IMG/VR virus record: IMGVR_UViG_3300030508_000019
Origin: a virus
Length of the DNA stretch: 64,000 nucleotides
Strand: one strand, 5' to 3'
Notes under the pieces: generated by a model
Told to the model about the DNA's origin: nothing
Seen by the model: the letters and a program-made list of their open reading frames with translations, nothing else
Database searches by the model: none
Translations under genes and position numbers: made by a program
Part shown: piece by piece, positions 29,038 to 38,596 of the stretch
How the letters are laid out: each line of letters starts with the position of its first letter
Numbering within the stretch: position 1 is the stretch's first letter

Positions 29038-30132
29038 ATGAGCACAACACCTTTGAATCTAAGCAATTTCTCCCCGAAGTCTTTCTTCAGTCGGCCAGAG
29101 GGTAAATGGTTTGGAATACCCGTTTTACTCGCTCTAGCCGCGGTTGGTATTTACGGGTTTTTTCAAGCTCTCCCTTTCCTGCTAATCGCCTTTACAAACA
29201 TGATATATCTGGGTGTACTCGGTGCAGTTTTGATCGGGATGATAATGCTCGCTCTGAACCCTACAGTTCAGTGTGTTGTCAAGAACATGTTCCAATCTTT
29301 TTGTCGTGGGGTAGCCGGTATCCTGGTAACAATTGACCCCATCGGAATTTTAAAAAATAATCTCGATGATATGAAAAAGGGCAAAGAAAAATTAAGTGCC
29401 ACAATTCGCCGGATGGCTGGCAGTGATAGCAAACTACTTAGAAAGATATCCGACCGCAAAGAGGCAATTAAGCAGTTGATGGCAGAAGCCCAATCTGCTG
29501 AGCGTATGGCAGCAGCAGCTAAAACTCAACTAGATGCTGATCGCTTCAAAATGAAGACGACTACTAATCAGCAGAAAGCCGGATTCCTAATGTCTGGAGT
29601 TGACCAGTTGTCCCAATTGGAAGTGCAAACTAAAAGTCTCTTGGATAAATTTCGACGCTGGGAAGTGGCAACTGATGCTAAGATTGAGCGAACAGATTTC
29701 CAAGTAAGTTACTGGTCTGATCAACGAGAAACTATTCTGGATGCTCAGAAAGCGCTCAAATTTGCCGACCGAATTCTTAAGGGAGACCCAGAACAGTTGA
29801 AGCTGGTAAACAGTGCAATTGAATTTATGGCCGATGATGCTGCACGAACTGTAGGCGAAATTGAAGATTTTAACCGTTTCTCTGAAAAAATGCTTACAGA
29901 TTTCGATGTTGAAAATGATGCCAATGCTACTAGGGCTAAGGAGAAATTTACAGAATTTGGCGCAAAGTTGGATGCAGACGCGAGTCGCCCCACGGCGGCG
30001 GATGCTTTACAGGCGGCTATTAATGCAGCACCATCACCCACACTCCCAAATTCTCCGATCCTTGGTCGCGGTGTTGGGGTAGGAGCTAACGGAACAACGG
30101 GCTCTGATTACAACGATTTGTTTAACAAATAA
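29038..30132 (+). CDS. membrane-anchored coiled-coil protein
   Basis: Two N-terminal TM helices, then a long predicted coiled coil. 364 aa. Confidence 0.45.
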   Translation: MSTTPLNLSNFSPKSFFSRPEGKWFGIPVLLALAAVGIYGFFQALPFLLIAFTNMIYLGVLGAVLIGMIMLALNPTVQCVVKNMFQSFCRGVAGILVTIDPIGILKNNLDDMKKGKEKLSATIRRMAGSDSKLLRKISDRKEAIKQLMAEAQSAERMAAAAKTQLDADRFKMKTTTNQQKAGFLMSGVDQLSQLEVQTKSLLDKFRRWEVATDAKIERTDFQVSYWSDQRETILDAQKALKFADRILKGDPEQLKLVNSAIEFMADDAARTVGEIEDFNRFSEKMLTDFDVENDANATRAKEKFTEFGAKLDADASRPTAADALQAAINAAPSPTLPNSPILGRGVGVGANGTTGSDYNDLFNK

Positions 30133-30181
30133 AATTTAATTTGTTAAATGTTTGCATCTTAATTTACGAGGAGAAAAATTT

Positions 30182-32083
30182 ATGGCTGGACATGTTACCC
30201 CACAAGCGAAGGTTCTTTTGGTTATTGTTGGAGTTGTAGGACTCTGTTTCTTAGGTAAGACAGCGATGGAACGGGGCTGGATGCCAACTCCCAACATCAT
30301 GAAGGCGATTGTCCCATCCCACATTTCACTTCCAGAAGTGAAAGATGCACAGGTTGCGAATGTTGTACCGGCACCCCTACCACAAAGCACACCGGCAACC
30401 GTTTCTAATACGCCTATCATCGGAGAAGTTTGGGAATGGAATGCTATGTTAGGTCATCTATTGGCAAACGGCGGTAAACATACAACCGCTGGTTCCCTGA
30501 TGGCAAAGCGTAATGTTAATCTGACACTTAAGAGGCAAGATCTCACCGATCAAATGCAATTGGATTTGATCGCTTGTGCCAGCCAGCTAGCGGGGGGGTC
30601 TACGGATTGTTCCACCGGAGCGAACTATGTTATTATCATGGGCGACGGTGCGGGGCAATTTGCAGCTGCTACCAATCCAAAGCTTTATGACTTGGACTGC
30701 AAGGGAAAGCCAAAGGGCTGCGTTTCGAAGTATACGCTCAAGGTTATCGCCGCAACTGGATATAGCCGCGGAGAAGATGCCTTTTTGGCCCCTCCGAATG
30801 TAAAGAAAGATTCCAAGTCTTTCAATCAATCCCCTATGCCTGGGTCGCAAGATTCCAAGGGTCAGGAAATTACTGGCCTATTGGTTGAAGGCGTTCTTCG
30901 TGATGGTGATTGGAACATCGCCTTAAAGTGGGCTGGTGATAACGCCATCCCCAATAACCCGGACGAAAAGACTTTCGATCCAGATGCAGTTAACTGGATC
31001 AATGCTCCGGATTACAACACCGCCGCTACAGATTATGTCGCCGGTAAGTGCGAAGATCGTAAACTCGTGCATGCGGGGCGTCCTACAGGGGATATGGTGC
31101 ATGTCTGTGTAAACTCCCTTGTGACTTGGACACCCGGAGATGTTGTAGCCGTGACGAAGAAGGGCGGCGTAGTGAAGGTTGTTTCTTCCAAACAAAATCG
31201 CAGTCAGATGCCCGCTGTGATTATTGGTCCGGCAAAGTTTTTCCAAGACAATCGGGAAGAAATCACTAACATGCTCGCTGCTACTTTCGAAGGTGGCGAC
31301 CAAGTGAAGGCGTTTGACTTGGCTCTGCACAAGGCGGCAGCTATTTCATCCGATGTTTATGACGATAAGGGTGATGCTCCAAACGAAAACGGAGACTACT
31401 GGTACCGTTATTACAAGGGTGTTCCGTACAAGGATCCCACCACGGGGCAGATAGTCGAACTAGGCGGTTCGTCTGTGAACAACTTGGATGATAACCTTAT
31501 CTTGTTTGGTATGAAGGATAAGGGGAATGACAACTTCCGCTCAACTTATACGCTCTTTGCGAACATTGATGTACAGCAATACCCAACTTTGTTCAAAGAG
31601 ACTCCAATTCCTGATGTGAAGCTTGTGGAAGATAAGTCTTTCATCCAGGGAGCGAAGGATATACTCAGCGGGGATAACAACACCGGCTCCGAAGCAGCGG
31701 AACCAGCGTATGAACAGCAAGCTACGGGAAGTGTCATTGGTCAGCGTGCCTATGATATCAACTTCAAGACGAATGAAGCGAAACTTACCGAGGCTGGTGA
31801 GGCACAGTTGAAGCAATTGAAGGATGGCTGGGCAATCACCGGAGCGTTTATTCAGGTCGATGGCTATACAGACAGCACAGGCAATGAAGATCACAACCTT
31901 GAACTATCAAAGGGACGTGCGGCCGCTGTGGTTACATACCTGCACACAAACTGGCCGACAAACTTCCCGGCAAAGCGTTTCAAAGCCACGGGTCACGGTT
32001 CTCAAGACCCCGTAGCTTCTAACGCTACAGCCGAAGGGAAGGCTCAAAATCGTAGGGTTACGATTACCCTGCTAGGCAAGTAA
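30182..32083 (+). CDS. OmpA/MotB-domain protein
   Basis: The C-terminal roughly 110 aa, TGAFIQVDGYTDSTGNEDHNLELSKGRAAAV…NRRVTITL, is an OmpA-like peptidoglycan-binding domain. N-terminal TM or signal. Start placed at the Met after a GAGGAG SD. Confidence 0.65.
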   Translation: MAGHVTPQAKVLLVIVGVVGLCFLGKTAMERGWMPTPNIMKAIVPSHISLPEVKDAQVANVVPAPLPQSTPATVSNTPIIGEVWEWNAMLGHLLANGGKHTTAGSLMAKRNVNLTLKRQDLTDQMQLDLIACASQLAGGSTDCSTGANYVIIMGDGAGQFAAATNPKLYDLDCKGKPKGCVSKYTLKVIAATGYSRGEDAFLAPPNVKKDSKSFNQSPMPGSQDSKGQEITGLLVEGVLRDGDWNIALKWAGDNAIPNNPDEKTFDPDAVNWINAPDYNTAATDYVAGKCEDRKLVHAGRPTGDMVHVCVNSLVTWTPGDVVAVTKKGGVVKVVSSKQNRSQMPAVIIGPAKFFQDNREEITNMLAATFEGGDQVKAFDLALHKAAAISSDVYDDKGDAPNENGDYWYRYYKGVPYKDPTTGQIVELGGSSVNNLDDNLILFGMKDKGNDNFRSTYTLFANIDVQQYPTLFKETPIPDVKLVEDKSFIQGAKDILSGDNNTGSEAAEPAYEQQATGSVIGQRAYDINFKTNEAKLTEAGEAQLKQLKDGWAITGAFIQVDGYTDSTGNEDHNLELSKGRAAAVVTYLHTNWPTNFPAKRFKATGHGSQDPVASNATAEGKAQNRRVTITLLGK

Positions 32084-32104
32084 AACAGTCCCACAACTGA
32101 AAAT

Positions 32105-32977
32105 ATGTGGGTGGTGGGAGTGGGAGTAGACCTACTTAGGGTCAGAAGAAATTCTGACCCTAATTCTTTTTATTCGCATCTTAAATATATGAACGAGATT
32201 CTATCAGCGTTTATCCCCAATCGGGCAATTAGCAAAACCACGGTTACCTATCTGGTGACGGGTTATGTTATTATGTTCTTCTTACTTTGGGCGTTCTCTC
32301 CGTTTGTCCTATTGCCTACCATTGGCGCTACTTGGGAGGCATTTAAAGAGCAATGGGGGCAGGGGTTGATGGGCGAATTGTGTATAAGCCTCTTCGCCAA
32401 CTTAGAAGCGTTGACAATCGCCACGCTCATTTCCCTGGGGTTGGCGTACCTCACAGTCTTGGAAGGGCTGCGTCCTATAGTAGGGGTGTTGAGCAAATTC
32501 CGCTATATGTCTATGGTAGGGTTGAGTTTCTTTTTTACAGTTGCCGCCCACAATCAGCATCAATTGAAAATCTCCCTGCTAGTTTTTAGCGTTAGTGTTT
32601 TTTATGTCACAGGTATGGCAGATGTTGTAGCATCTATCCCTAAAGAGCAGTATGATCTAGCTCGTACGCTGCGTATGGGCTCTTGGCGTACGATGTGGGA
32701 AGTTGTCGTACTGGGGCAGATAGATAAAGCCTTTGATGTACTGCGTCAGAACGCCGCTATTGGCTGGATGATGCTCAGTATGATAGAATCCATGGTGAGG
32801 TCAGAGGGAGGCATCGGAGCCATGTTAGCCACTGCGAATAAGCATTTCTATTTGGACGCTGTTCTTGCAATTCAAATAACAATTTTGCTGACGGGGTTGG
32901 GGCAGGATTACCTCATCGGTGTGGCTAAAAATATGTTCTGCCCGTATGCTAAAATTGGATCGGAGAGAAAGTCATAG
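32105..32977 (+). CDS. ABC transporter permease (NitT/TauT-like)
   Basis: Six hydrophobic segments. EAA-like loop region LISLGLAYLTVLEGLRP. The start may be Met29 at 32189. Confidence 0.5.
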   Translation: MWVVGVGVDLLRVRRNSDPNSFYSHLKYMNEILSAFIPNRAISKTTVTYLVTGYVIMFFLLWAFSPFVLLPTIGATWEAFKEQWGQGLMGELCISLFANLEALTIATLISLGLAYLTVLEGLRPIVGVLSKFRYMSMVGLSFFFTVAAHNQHQLKISLLVFSVSVFYVTGMADVVASIPKEQYDLARTLRMGSWRTMWEVVVLGQIDKAFDVLRQNAAIGWMMLSMIESMVRSEGGIGAMLATANKHFYLDAVLAIQITILLTGLGQDYLIGVAKNMFCPYAKIGSERKS

Positions 32978-33270
32978 ACCCAGACTAAAGTCTGGGCTTG
33001 GGGAAGCCTGACCAACAGGTGGAAGCAAGTTAAACCTATGTACTAGACAAGTAGGGCTTGTATAGCCGCAAAGTTAGCCTGCTGAGGGTGGTTCCTCAGA
33101 GCATGTTTGGGATGCTTCTCTAGTCTCAAGCCTCTGTGCAGGCAACCGTCGAAGAGGCAAGAGATGGGGACAAAGTTTCAAGCCAGACGATTGCACATTT
33201 CTGAGTTTCAACACATGGAGGACGGCGCTCCTCCCAGCATAACTGCTGGGTTTCCGCGCCTAAAATCACG

Positions 33271-33606
33271 ATGAATACACTCAGGTTATTTTGTGAATTA
33301 TTCGTAATTATTGCTGGGGGTTTCTGTTTGATGTATTTTATCAAAATCGCATCGAAATGGCACCCACATGAGTGGGAGATTGTGGGCGCGTTTTGCGTGG
33401 GTAAAGATCAAGTTGATACCGAAGTTCTTCATCGGTGTAAGATTTGTGGCGCTGTGAAGATTGTCGAGTTAAAGGGCGACTGGGCCATGGATCAACTCGT
33501 AGAATCAAAATCACCATATGACGACGCATGGCTTAAATCTAAGAAAGGAGAGAAAGAGCAAATTAGAAGGAGAACAGATGACAATAAAGACATACAAGAA
33601 CGGTAA
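33271..33606 (+). CDS. hypothetical protein
   Basis: 111 aa. Shares the C-terminal 'DDAWLK' motif with the next ORF. Confidence 0.35.
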   Translation: MNTLRLFCELFVIIAGGFCLMYFIKIASKWHPHEWEIVGAFCVGKDQVDTEVLHRCKICGAVKIVELKGDWAMDQLVESKSPYDDAWLKSKKGEKEQIRRRTDDNKDIQER

Positions 33607-33916
33607 GGTTGTTCTCAAAGAAGATGGAATCAAAATTTGGATAAGTCCCAAAGATCATCCGCAGGTTCATCTATGGGATGATCTTAACAGATATGGCTAC
33701 TATGTTTATCGGGGCATCTCTCTTGGTGATAACCCAACAATAGAGATAAGGACTGAACTAGTAAAGGAGATTTTGATTCAATACAAAACAGTTCGCGGAC
33801 AAAGAACAAGCTGGACTGTTGACGACGCATGGCTTAAGAAATGGAAAGCAAGAAATGGAAAGGAAATAGATCCTCCGGTTCCTGTTAAGCCGGATGTAAA
33901 AGGAAAAAATAAATGA
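33518..33916 (+). CDS. hypothetical protein
   Basis: 132 aa. A 'gacgacgcatggcttaa' repeat at 33522 and 33822. Confidence 0.35.
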   Translation: MTTHGLNLRKERKSKLEGEQMTIKTYKNGKVVLKEDGIKIWISPKDHPQVHLWDDLNRYGYYVYRGISLGDNPTIEIRTELVKEILIQYKTVRGQRTSWTVDDAWLKKWKARNGKEIDPPVPVKPDVKGKNK

Positions 33917-34779
33917 GCGCACTTTATCCATACAGTTACGGTGATACTCTCCTAAAGATTGATCATGTGTACCTAAGCGCGTCCGCGGATGGGAATTCCC
34001 TGCTAACGAAGCCTATGCCTGGAAGCCGCGCTATTTTGACGGATGTCTGTGCAGAAATCAAGAAGATCAAACGCCCTAATCAAATTCAAGGGCAGATGGT
34101 AGGGTTATTGGGGCCTTCCGGACGGGGAAAAACACAGCTATTTCGTATTATTTCAGGTCTTAATAAACCCACATCCGGACAAGTTTTGATAAACGGGAAA
34201 GCGGTTCCCGTGGTCGCCGGAGAGGTAGGAGTAGTAGCACAAGATTATCCGTTGTTTGCGCATCGCACAGTTATGGGTAATTTAACGTTGGCGGCAGAGA
34301 AAAAAGAAAAAGATGCAAAAACCGCTCATGAAAAAATCATGACCTTTCTTAATGAATTCGGCATTGCAGATAAAATAAATTTGTACCCTGCTCAATTATC
34401 AGGGGGGCAAAAACAAAGAGTAGCAATAATCCAGCAAATTTTATCATCATCATATTTCTTACTTATGGACGAACCTTTTTCAGGTCTCGATATTATCATG
34501 GAAGATAAGATGTTACAACTGATCATGAAGATAGCCAATATGGATGATTTAAACTGTGTGATAGTTGTAACCCACGATGTAACAGCAGCGGCATCAGTGT
34601 GTGACCATATTTGGGCTTTGGGGTGGACCCCAGGTGGGGATAAATCTTCTAGCATAGTAAAGACATATGATTTGATTGAACGGGGATTGTGCTGGGAACA
34701 ATGGCAAAATATGGCGGCATTGCGCCCCGCTTTGACAGATTTTATTAAAGAGGTAAAAAACGATTTCTACACACTGTGA
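33913..34779 (+). CDS. ABC transporter ATP-binding protein
   Basis: Walker A GPSGRGKT. ABC signature LSGGQKQRVAI. Walker B LLMDEP. H-loop VTHD. Confidence 0.75.
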   Translation: MSALYPYSYGDTLLKIDHVYLSASADGNSLLTKPMPGSRAILTDVCAEIKKIKRPNQIQGQMVGLLGPSGRGKTQLFRIISGLNKPTSGQVLINGKAVPVVAGEVGVVAQDYPLFAHRTVMGNLTLAAEKKEKDAKTAHEKIMTFLNEFGIADKINLYPAQLSGGQKQRVAIIQQILSSSYFLLMDEPFSGLDIIMEDKMLQLIMKIANMDDLNCVIVVTHDVTAAASVCDHIWALGWTPGGDKSSSIVKTYDLIERGLCWEQWQNMAALRPALTDFIKEVKNDFYTL

Positions 34780-34858
34780 AATTTTTGTGGTATACTAAAA
34801 CAGGAGTAAATAAAATGGCATCTAAAAAGTCAGTAAAACCCAAGAGGAGAAGTAAGTC

Positions 34859-35122
34859 ATGGCATATGTAATTGCTGAGCCATGCATAGGGGTAAAGGAT
34901 ACCGCATGCGTGGACTCTTGCCCTGTAGACTGCATACACCCCAAGAAGGGGACTCCTGAGTTTGATCAGAATCCCCAACTTTACATTGATCCTGTGGAGT
35001 GTATTGACTGCGGAGCGTGTGTTCCTGTGTGTCCTGTATCCGCTATCTTTCCAGTAGATGATTTACCCGAACAATGGAAGCATTTTACCGCTATCAACGC
35101 AAAGTATTTTGGGAGAGAATAA
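34859..35122 (+). CDS. 7Fe-type ferredoxin
   Basis: CIGVKDTACVDSCP plus CIDCGACVPVCP cysteine patterns. 87 aa. Confidence 0.75.
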   Translation: MAYVIAEPCIGVKDTACVDSCPVDCIHPKKGTPEFDQNPQLYIDPVECIDCGACVPVCPVSAIFPVDDLPEQWKHFTAINAKYFGRE

Positions 35123-35123
35123 C

Positions 35124-35333
35124 ATGAGTTTGGAAATCATCGCCAGGAATCGTTGGCATGAGCCTTTAGCTACCTGGCCGATTCATGATGAAAACCACAA
35201 AACAACGATATTTGGAAGTAAAGTGTTCGATTTAGACTGCCTACGCTGTTGGGTAGAAAAAGTAGCTACTGAAGAGTATGAAAAAGCAATTAACCAGATG
35301 CAATCTGACAACGGAGACTCAAGTCACGAATAA
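35124..35333 (+). CDS. hypothetical protein
   Basis: Start trimmed to MSLEI, which follows an SD. About 70 aa. Confidence 0.3.
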   Translation: MSLEIIARNRWHEPLATWPIHDENHKTTIFGSKVFDLDCLRCWVEKVATEEYEKAINQMQSDNGDSSHE

Positions 35334-35342
35334 GGAAAATTT

Positions 35343-35765
35343 ATGTGTTTACTAAGCGTTACAAAAAATCATCGTAACCCAATCAAGGGACCTATTATCG
35401 CTTGGAAGATAGTTGAAGTAATATCGGGTAAAGTTTTTACCCCGTTTCAACAGTTCCGCATAACTAAAAAATGGAAGTCTGCTTGGAAAGGCTACCTGGC
35501 CGCAAATGATAGTTGCTGCACTCGCTACAAAAGTGGGTTTCACTGTTATACTACACAACAAGATGCTGCAAAGGCGCGTGTATTGTATATGTATATGAAA
35601 ACAAAAAAAGTGATCCCAGTTCAAATCGATGAAATTACAACTACCGGCATTGATGGCACAACTTACGAAATTAAGCAAGCGATGCTAAAAAACTATGTTG
35701 CTCAAAAAATTCGATTGATGCCCCAACCAGCAAAGAAAAAGAAAAATAAACTGAAGAGAGGATAA
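35343..35765 (+). CDS. 'MCL-AWKIV' paralog family member (copy B)
   Basis: MCLLSV…IIAWKIV…GFHCYTTQQDAAKA…IPVQIDEITTTGIDGT…NYVAQKIRLMP…KKKKNK. Confidence 0.5.
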   Translation: MCLLSVTKNHRNPIKGPIIAWKIVEVISGKVFTPFQQFRITKKWKSAWKGYLAANDSCCTRYKSGFHCYTTQQDAAKARVLYMYMKTKKVIPVQIDEITTTGIDGTTYEIKQAMLKNYVAQKIRLMPQPAKKKKNKLKRG

Positions 35766-35768
35766 GTT

Positions 35769-36275
35769 ATGTGTCTCGCTCGCATACTTGAAAATCATGA
35801 AGATCAGCCAATCCCAGGTCCTATAAAAGCTTGGAAGATTGTCTTACGGGGTAAGAAAGCACTCTCCTGTTTTAAGAACAATTCTATAACGATCACCTGG
35901 CAAACAGATACGCCAGGTGATAGAATCGCTTCTTGGGAGTGGGATGAAAAAGGCTTGACCGTCGTCCTCGAAATTCGCGCCGGAACCGGCGGCGACGAGG
36001 CTACGCTCTTCGTAGGTGGTTGGAAAACTTATAAAACAGGATTCCATACTTACTTCACTAAGGAAGCAGCTCAAGAAGCTTTGAATTCTTGGAACAAGAA
36101 TTCGGATGATGCATATGGTACATGTAAAATTATTCCCGTGGAGATAATGGATATCACAACTATTGGAACTGATGGTAGTGTGTCAGACTCTTGCGATCTT
36201 AAAAATTATGTCTCGCAAAAGATCAGACTATATCCGATAAAAATGAAAGCGAAGCCCAAAACCAAGCGAAAATAG
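35769..36275 (+). CDS. 'MCL-AWKIV' paralog family member (copy C)
   Basis: MCLARI…IKAWKIV…GFHTYFTKEAAQEA…IIPVEIMDITTIGTDGS…NYVSQKIRLYPIK. Lies immediately downstream of copy B. Confidence 0.5.
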   Translation: MCLARILENHEDQPIPGPIKAWKIVLRGKKALSCFKNNSITITWQTDTPGDRIASWEWDEKGLTVVLEIRAGTGGDEATLFVGGWKTYKTGFHTYFTKEAAQEALNSWNKNSDDAYGTCKIIPVEIMDITTIGTDGSVSDSCDLKNYVSQKIRLYPIKMKAKPKTKRK

Positions 36276-36359
36276 TTGCAATATGTTGATTTTAAAAGGT
36301 TTAAAAATACACAAAATAGGTGTTCTCAATGTATACTATAGGTGGAGGGGACACCGCTA

Positions 36360-37070
36360 ATGGAACTCAGCGTAGCAGAAGTGCTTGCCAAGAAACTGAT
36401 GCACGAATTCAATCTCTTCCCGCGCTGCTGGAGATTCGAGTTTGATAATTCTAAAAGTCGCTTCGGATGCTGTCATACTAGAAAAAAATTGATTACTCTC
36501 AGCCGTCATATTGTTCAACTCAACTCCCAAATAGATGTTGAAGATACCATCCGTCACGAAATCGCCCATGCTCTGGTAACAGAAGATAAATTAACTTTCC
36601 ACGCAAAAAACCCTTTTTCCAGTGATTTCGGGCGCAGAAGCATATCGCGTAGAGACATCCACGGGGCGGATTGGAAAGCAAAGTGCCTTATTACCGGTGC
36701 TAAACCGGAGCGCTGCTACGATGGCGCTGTTGTTGTAGCACCCAAAGGCAACTGGACAGCTACTTGCCCGAATTGTGGTAAGGTGGTTCATTATCATCGT
36801 CGTTCCACTAAAAGTAGCCCCACCGCATGCTATGAATGCTGCAAAAATTTCAATCACGGCAGATGGTCAGAAAAGTTCATTTTTATCTATCGACACAGAG
36901 ATTCGATTGGAGAGCACATCCCCGCTAATGCACCCAAACCAGCACCACAGACTCAAACGCCTGACCACAGGGCTGCAATTGAGCGGATGAAGGAGCAGAT
37001 ACGACTAGCTGAAAAACAGGAGATTTTAGACCGTATCATAGCATTAGAAACCCAATTGACCAGGAATTAA
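36360..37070 (+). CDS. SprT-like zinc metalloprotease domain protein
   Basis: HEIAHAL (HExxH) in an SprT-like context. Zn ribbon CPNCGK…CYECC. Start placed after a GGAGGGG SD. Confidence 0.55.
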   Translation: MELSVAEVLAKKLMHEFNLFPRCWRFEFDNSKSRFGCCHTRKKLITLSRHIVQLNSQIDVEDTIRHEIAHALVTEDKLTFHAKNPFSSDFGRRSISRRDIHGADWKAKCLITGAKPERCYDGAVVVAPKGNWTATCPNCGKVVHYHRRSTKSSPTACYECCKNFNHGRWSEKFIFIYRHRDSIGEHIPANAPKPAPQTQTPDHRAAIERMKEQIRLAEKQEILDRIIALETQLTRN

Positions 37071-37079
37071 GGAGGAATT

Positions 37080-37382
37080 ATGGGTGGTTGCGATTTTATG
37101 TTTAAAGTGAACGGGAACGATTTAAACAAAGCGTTCAGTGAAGCAGTAGATCAAGCCGCTTGGGAACATGGACACGGCGGGTACAGCGGGACTATCGCTG
37201 AAAAACCCAGTGTTGAACTTCGGAAGAAGGAGCCTATGTTGATGGGTGACGCTGAGGTTTTCGCGGAAGAAGACATCGAAAATAACGATAAATGGGGTTC
37301 TGCTTTCGCCATTCCCCTTTGCGCCAGCTTGGAAGACAAAACCATAATTGGATTTTTGTTGTATGGAATTGTGTCCAGTTAA
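37080..37382 (+). CDS. hypothetical protein
   Basis: 100-aa ORF. Confidence 0.35.
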   Translation: MGGCDFMFKVNGNDLNKAFSEAVDQAAWEHGHGGYSGTIAEKPSVELRKKEPMLMGDAEVFAEEDIENNDKWGSAFAIPLCASLEDKTIIGFLLYGIVSS

Positions 37383-37389
37383 AATAAGT

Positions 37390-37418
37390 CTTGACAAATT
37401 TTCCAACTATCAGTATTA
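37390..37418 (+). promoter_or_regulatory. consensus sigma70 promoter TTGACA-17-TATTAT (copy A of duplicated element)
   Basis: -35 at 37390-37395 and -10 at 37413-37418. An identical promoter and leader recur at 48025-48053. Confidence 0.65.
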
Positions 37419-37424
37419 TATAAA

Positions 37425-37617
37425 GAGTAGTTGGTTCGGAACGAGCCATCAGGCGTTAACGTAGAAGTATTAAATTCAAGCGTAGCCTGAGAATCTTTAT
37501 GTGGGGGAGAACCCGCATTTAAAAAAGAAGTTCAACTAGTAGCTCCAACGGGGTGTGTTTGCGTAAAGCAATTAAAGAAACACTGATAGCCGCCGATTAA
37601 GGCGGCTTTTTTATTTT
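37425..37617 (+). ncRNA. candidate small RNA (promoter-to-terminator unit, about 190 nt, no ORF)
   Basis: Lies between the consensus promoter and an intrinsic terminator. The first roughly 110 nt are conserved with the 48060-48160 leader. Confidence 0.4.
37589..37617 (+). terminator. rho-independent terminator
   Basis: GCCGCC-gattaa-GGCGGC followed by TTTTTTATTTT. Confidence 0.7.
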
Positions 37618-37619
37618 AA

Positions 37620-37709
37620 GGAAGTGTGGGTGAATGGTTAAACCAGCGGTTTGCTAAGCCGCCGAAGCCTGAAAGGGCTATCCGAGTTCGAGCCTCGGCA
37701 CTTCCGCCA
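37620..37709 (+). tRNA. tRNA-Ser (GCU), type II
   Basis: Acceptor GGAAGTG/CACTTCC. Anticodon stem GCGGT/GCCGC with loop TTGCTAA. Variable-arm hairpin AGCC-TGAAA-GGCT. T-arm CCGAG-TTCGAGC-CTCGG. Encoded CCA. Confidence 0.7.
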
Positions 37710-37741
37710 TAACATCAAAACAAACTTTCTGTGTTCTTAGC

Positions 37742-38191
37742 ATGGACACTAAAATAGTTTGTAGGGAAAAACGGCATCGTTGGGCTAAAAGGCGTAGGCA
37801 AGATCCTAAATTTTTACCTAGCATTATTTGGCGAGATTCTCGTAGCTCAGATAAAAAATTGCTTCGGGAAAATGATCTTGACAAAGACTTTATTAAGGAT
37901 AAAATTAGCAATGGATGTTTTTACTGCGGAGAGACAAAAATAAGGATGACCTTGGATAGAATAGATAATAGCTTAGGTCATTTAAAGACGAATGTCAATC
38001 CAGCATGTATGCGATGCAACTATCTACGCAGGGACATGCCATACGATGCCTGGTTGTTTTTAGTTGAAGGTATTCGTAAAGCCACAGAGCAGGGAGCTTT
38101 TAACGGATGGCTAGGCGGTAACACTAGTAAATATGCTGGTGGGGAAGATTTAATGGACTTCATCGAAGTCGGTGAAGGTCCAGAAGAGTAA
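37742..38191 (+). CDS. HNH endonuclease
   Basis: CFYCGE…LDRIDNSLGH…CMRCNYLR (HNH/AP2-type). Adjacent to tRNA genes. Confidence 0.6.
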   Translation: MDTKIVCREKRHRWAKRRRQDPKFLPSIIWRDSRSSDKKLLRENDLDKDFIKDKISNGCFYCGETKIRMTLDRIDNSLGHLKTNVNPACMRCNYLRRDMPYDAWLFLVEGIRKATEQGAFNGWLGGNTSKYAGGEDLMDFIEVGEGPEE

Positions 38192-38290
38192 AAATTCGCA
38201 GCGGTGTTGCGTACAGTTACTTCGATACCCACTGGGGGAAACCCGGCAGTGGAGTTGTACCAACTGTATGTTTTATGTTCCCTGCGATTT

Positions 38291-38379
38291 GATGACATGG
38301 GGGAGATGGATTAACCCAGTAGCTTGGAAAGCTACCATACCGCAAGGTATCGATCGTTCGAATCGGTCTGTCATCGCCA
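38291..38379 (+). tRNA. tRNA-Ser (GGA), type II
   Basis: Acceptor GATGACA/TGTCATC. Anticodon stem GTAGC/GCTAC with loop TTGGAAA. Variable hairpin ATACC-GCAA-GGTAT. Encoded CCA. Confidence 0.65.
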
Positions 38380-38384
38380 AGTTT

Positions 38385-38471
38385 AGAGAGTAACCAGTGG
38401 GCATGGTAGGTCGCCTCGAAAGCGACTGCTTCTAGAAATAGGGCACACCGGTTCGAGTCCGGTACTCTCTG
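38385..38471 (+). tRNA. tRNA-Ser (CGA), type II
   Basis: Acceptor AGAGAGT/ACTCTCT. Anticodon stem GTCGC/GCGAC with loop CTCGAAA. T-arm ACCGG-TTCGAGT-CCGGT. Confidence 0.6.
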
Positions 38472-38478
38472 CCTTTAC

Positions 38479-38567
38479 CGAGAGATGGGCGAGATGGATT
38501 ATGCCGCCAGTCTTGAAAACTGGTATACCGTAAGGTATCAAGGGTTCGAATCCCTTTCTCTCGGCCA
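38479..38567 (+). tRNA. tRNA-Ser (UGA), type II
   Basis: Acceptor CGAGAGA/TCTCTCG. Anticodon stem CCAGT/ACTGG with loop CTTGAAA. Variable hairpin ATACC-GTAA-GGTAT. Encoded CCA. Confidence 0.65.
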
Positions 38568-38596
38568 ACTTTATGGTATTATCGTAAGGAGTTACG

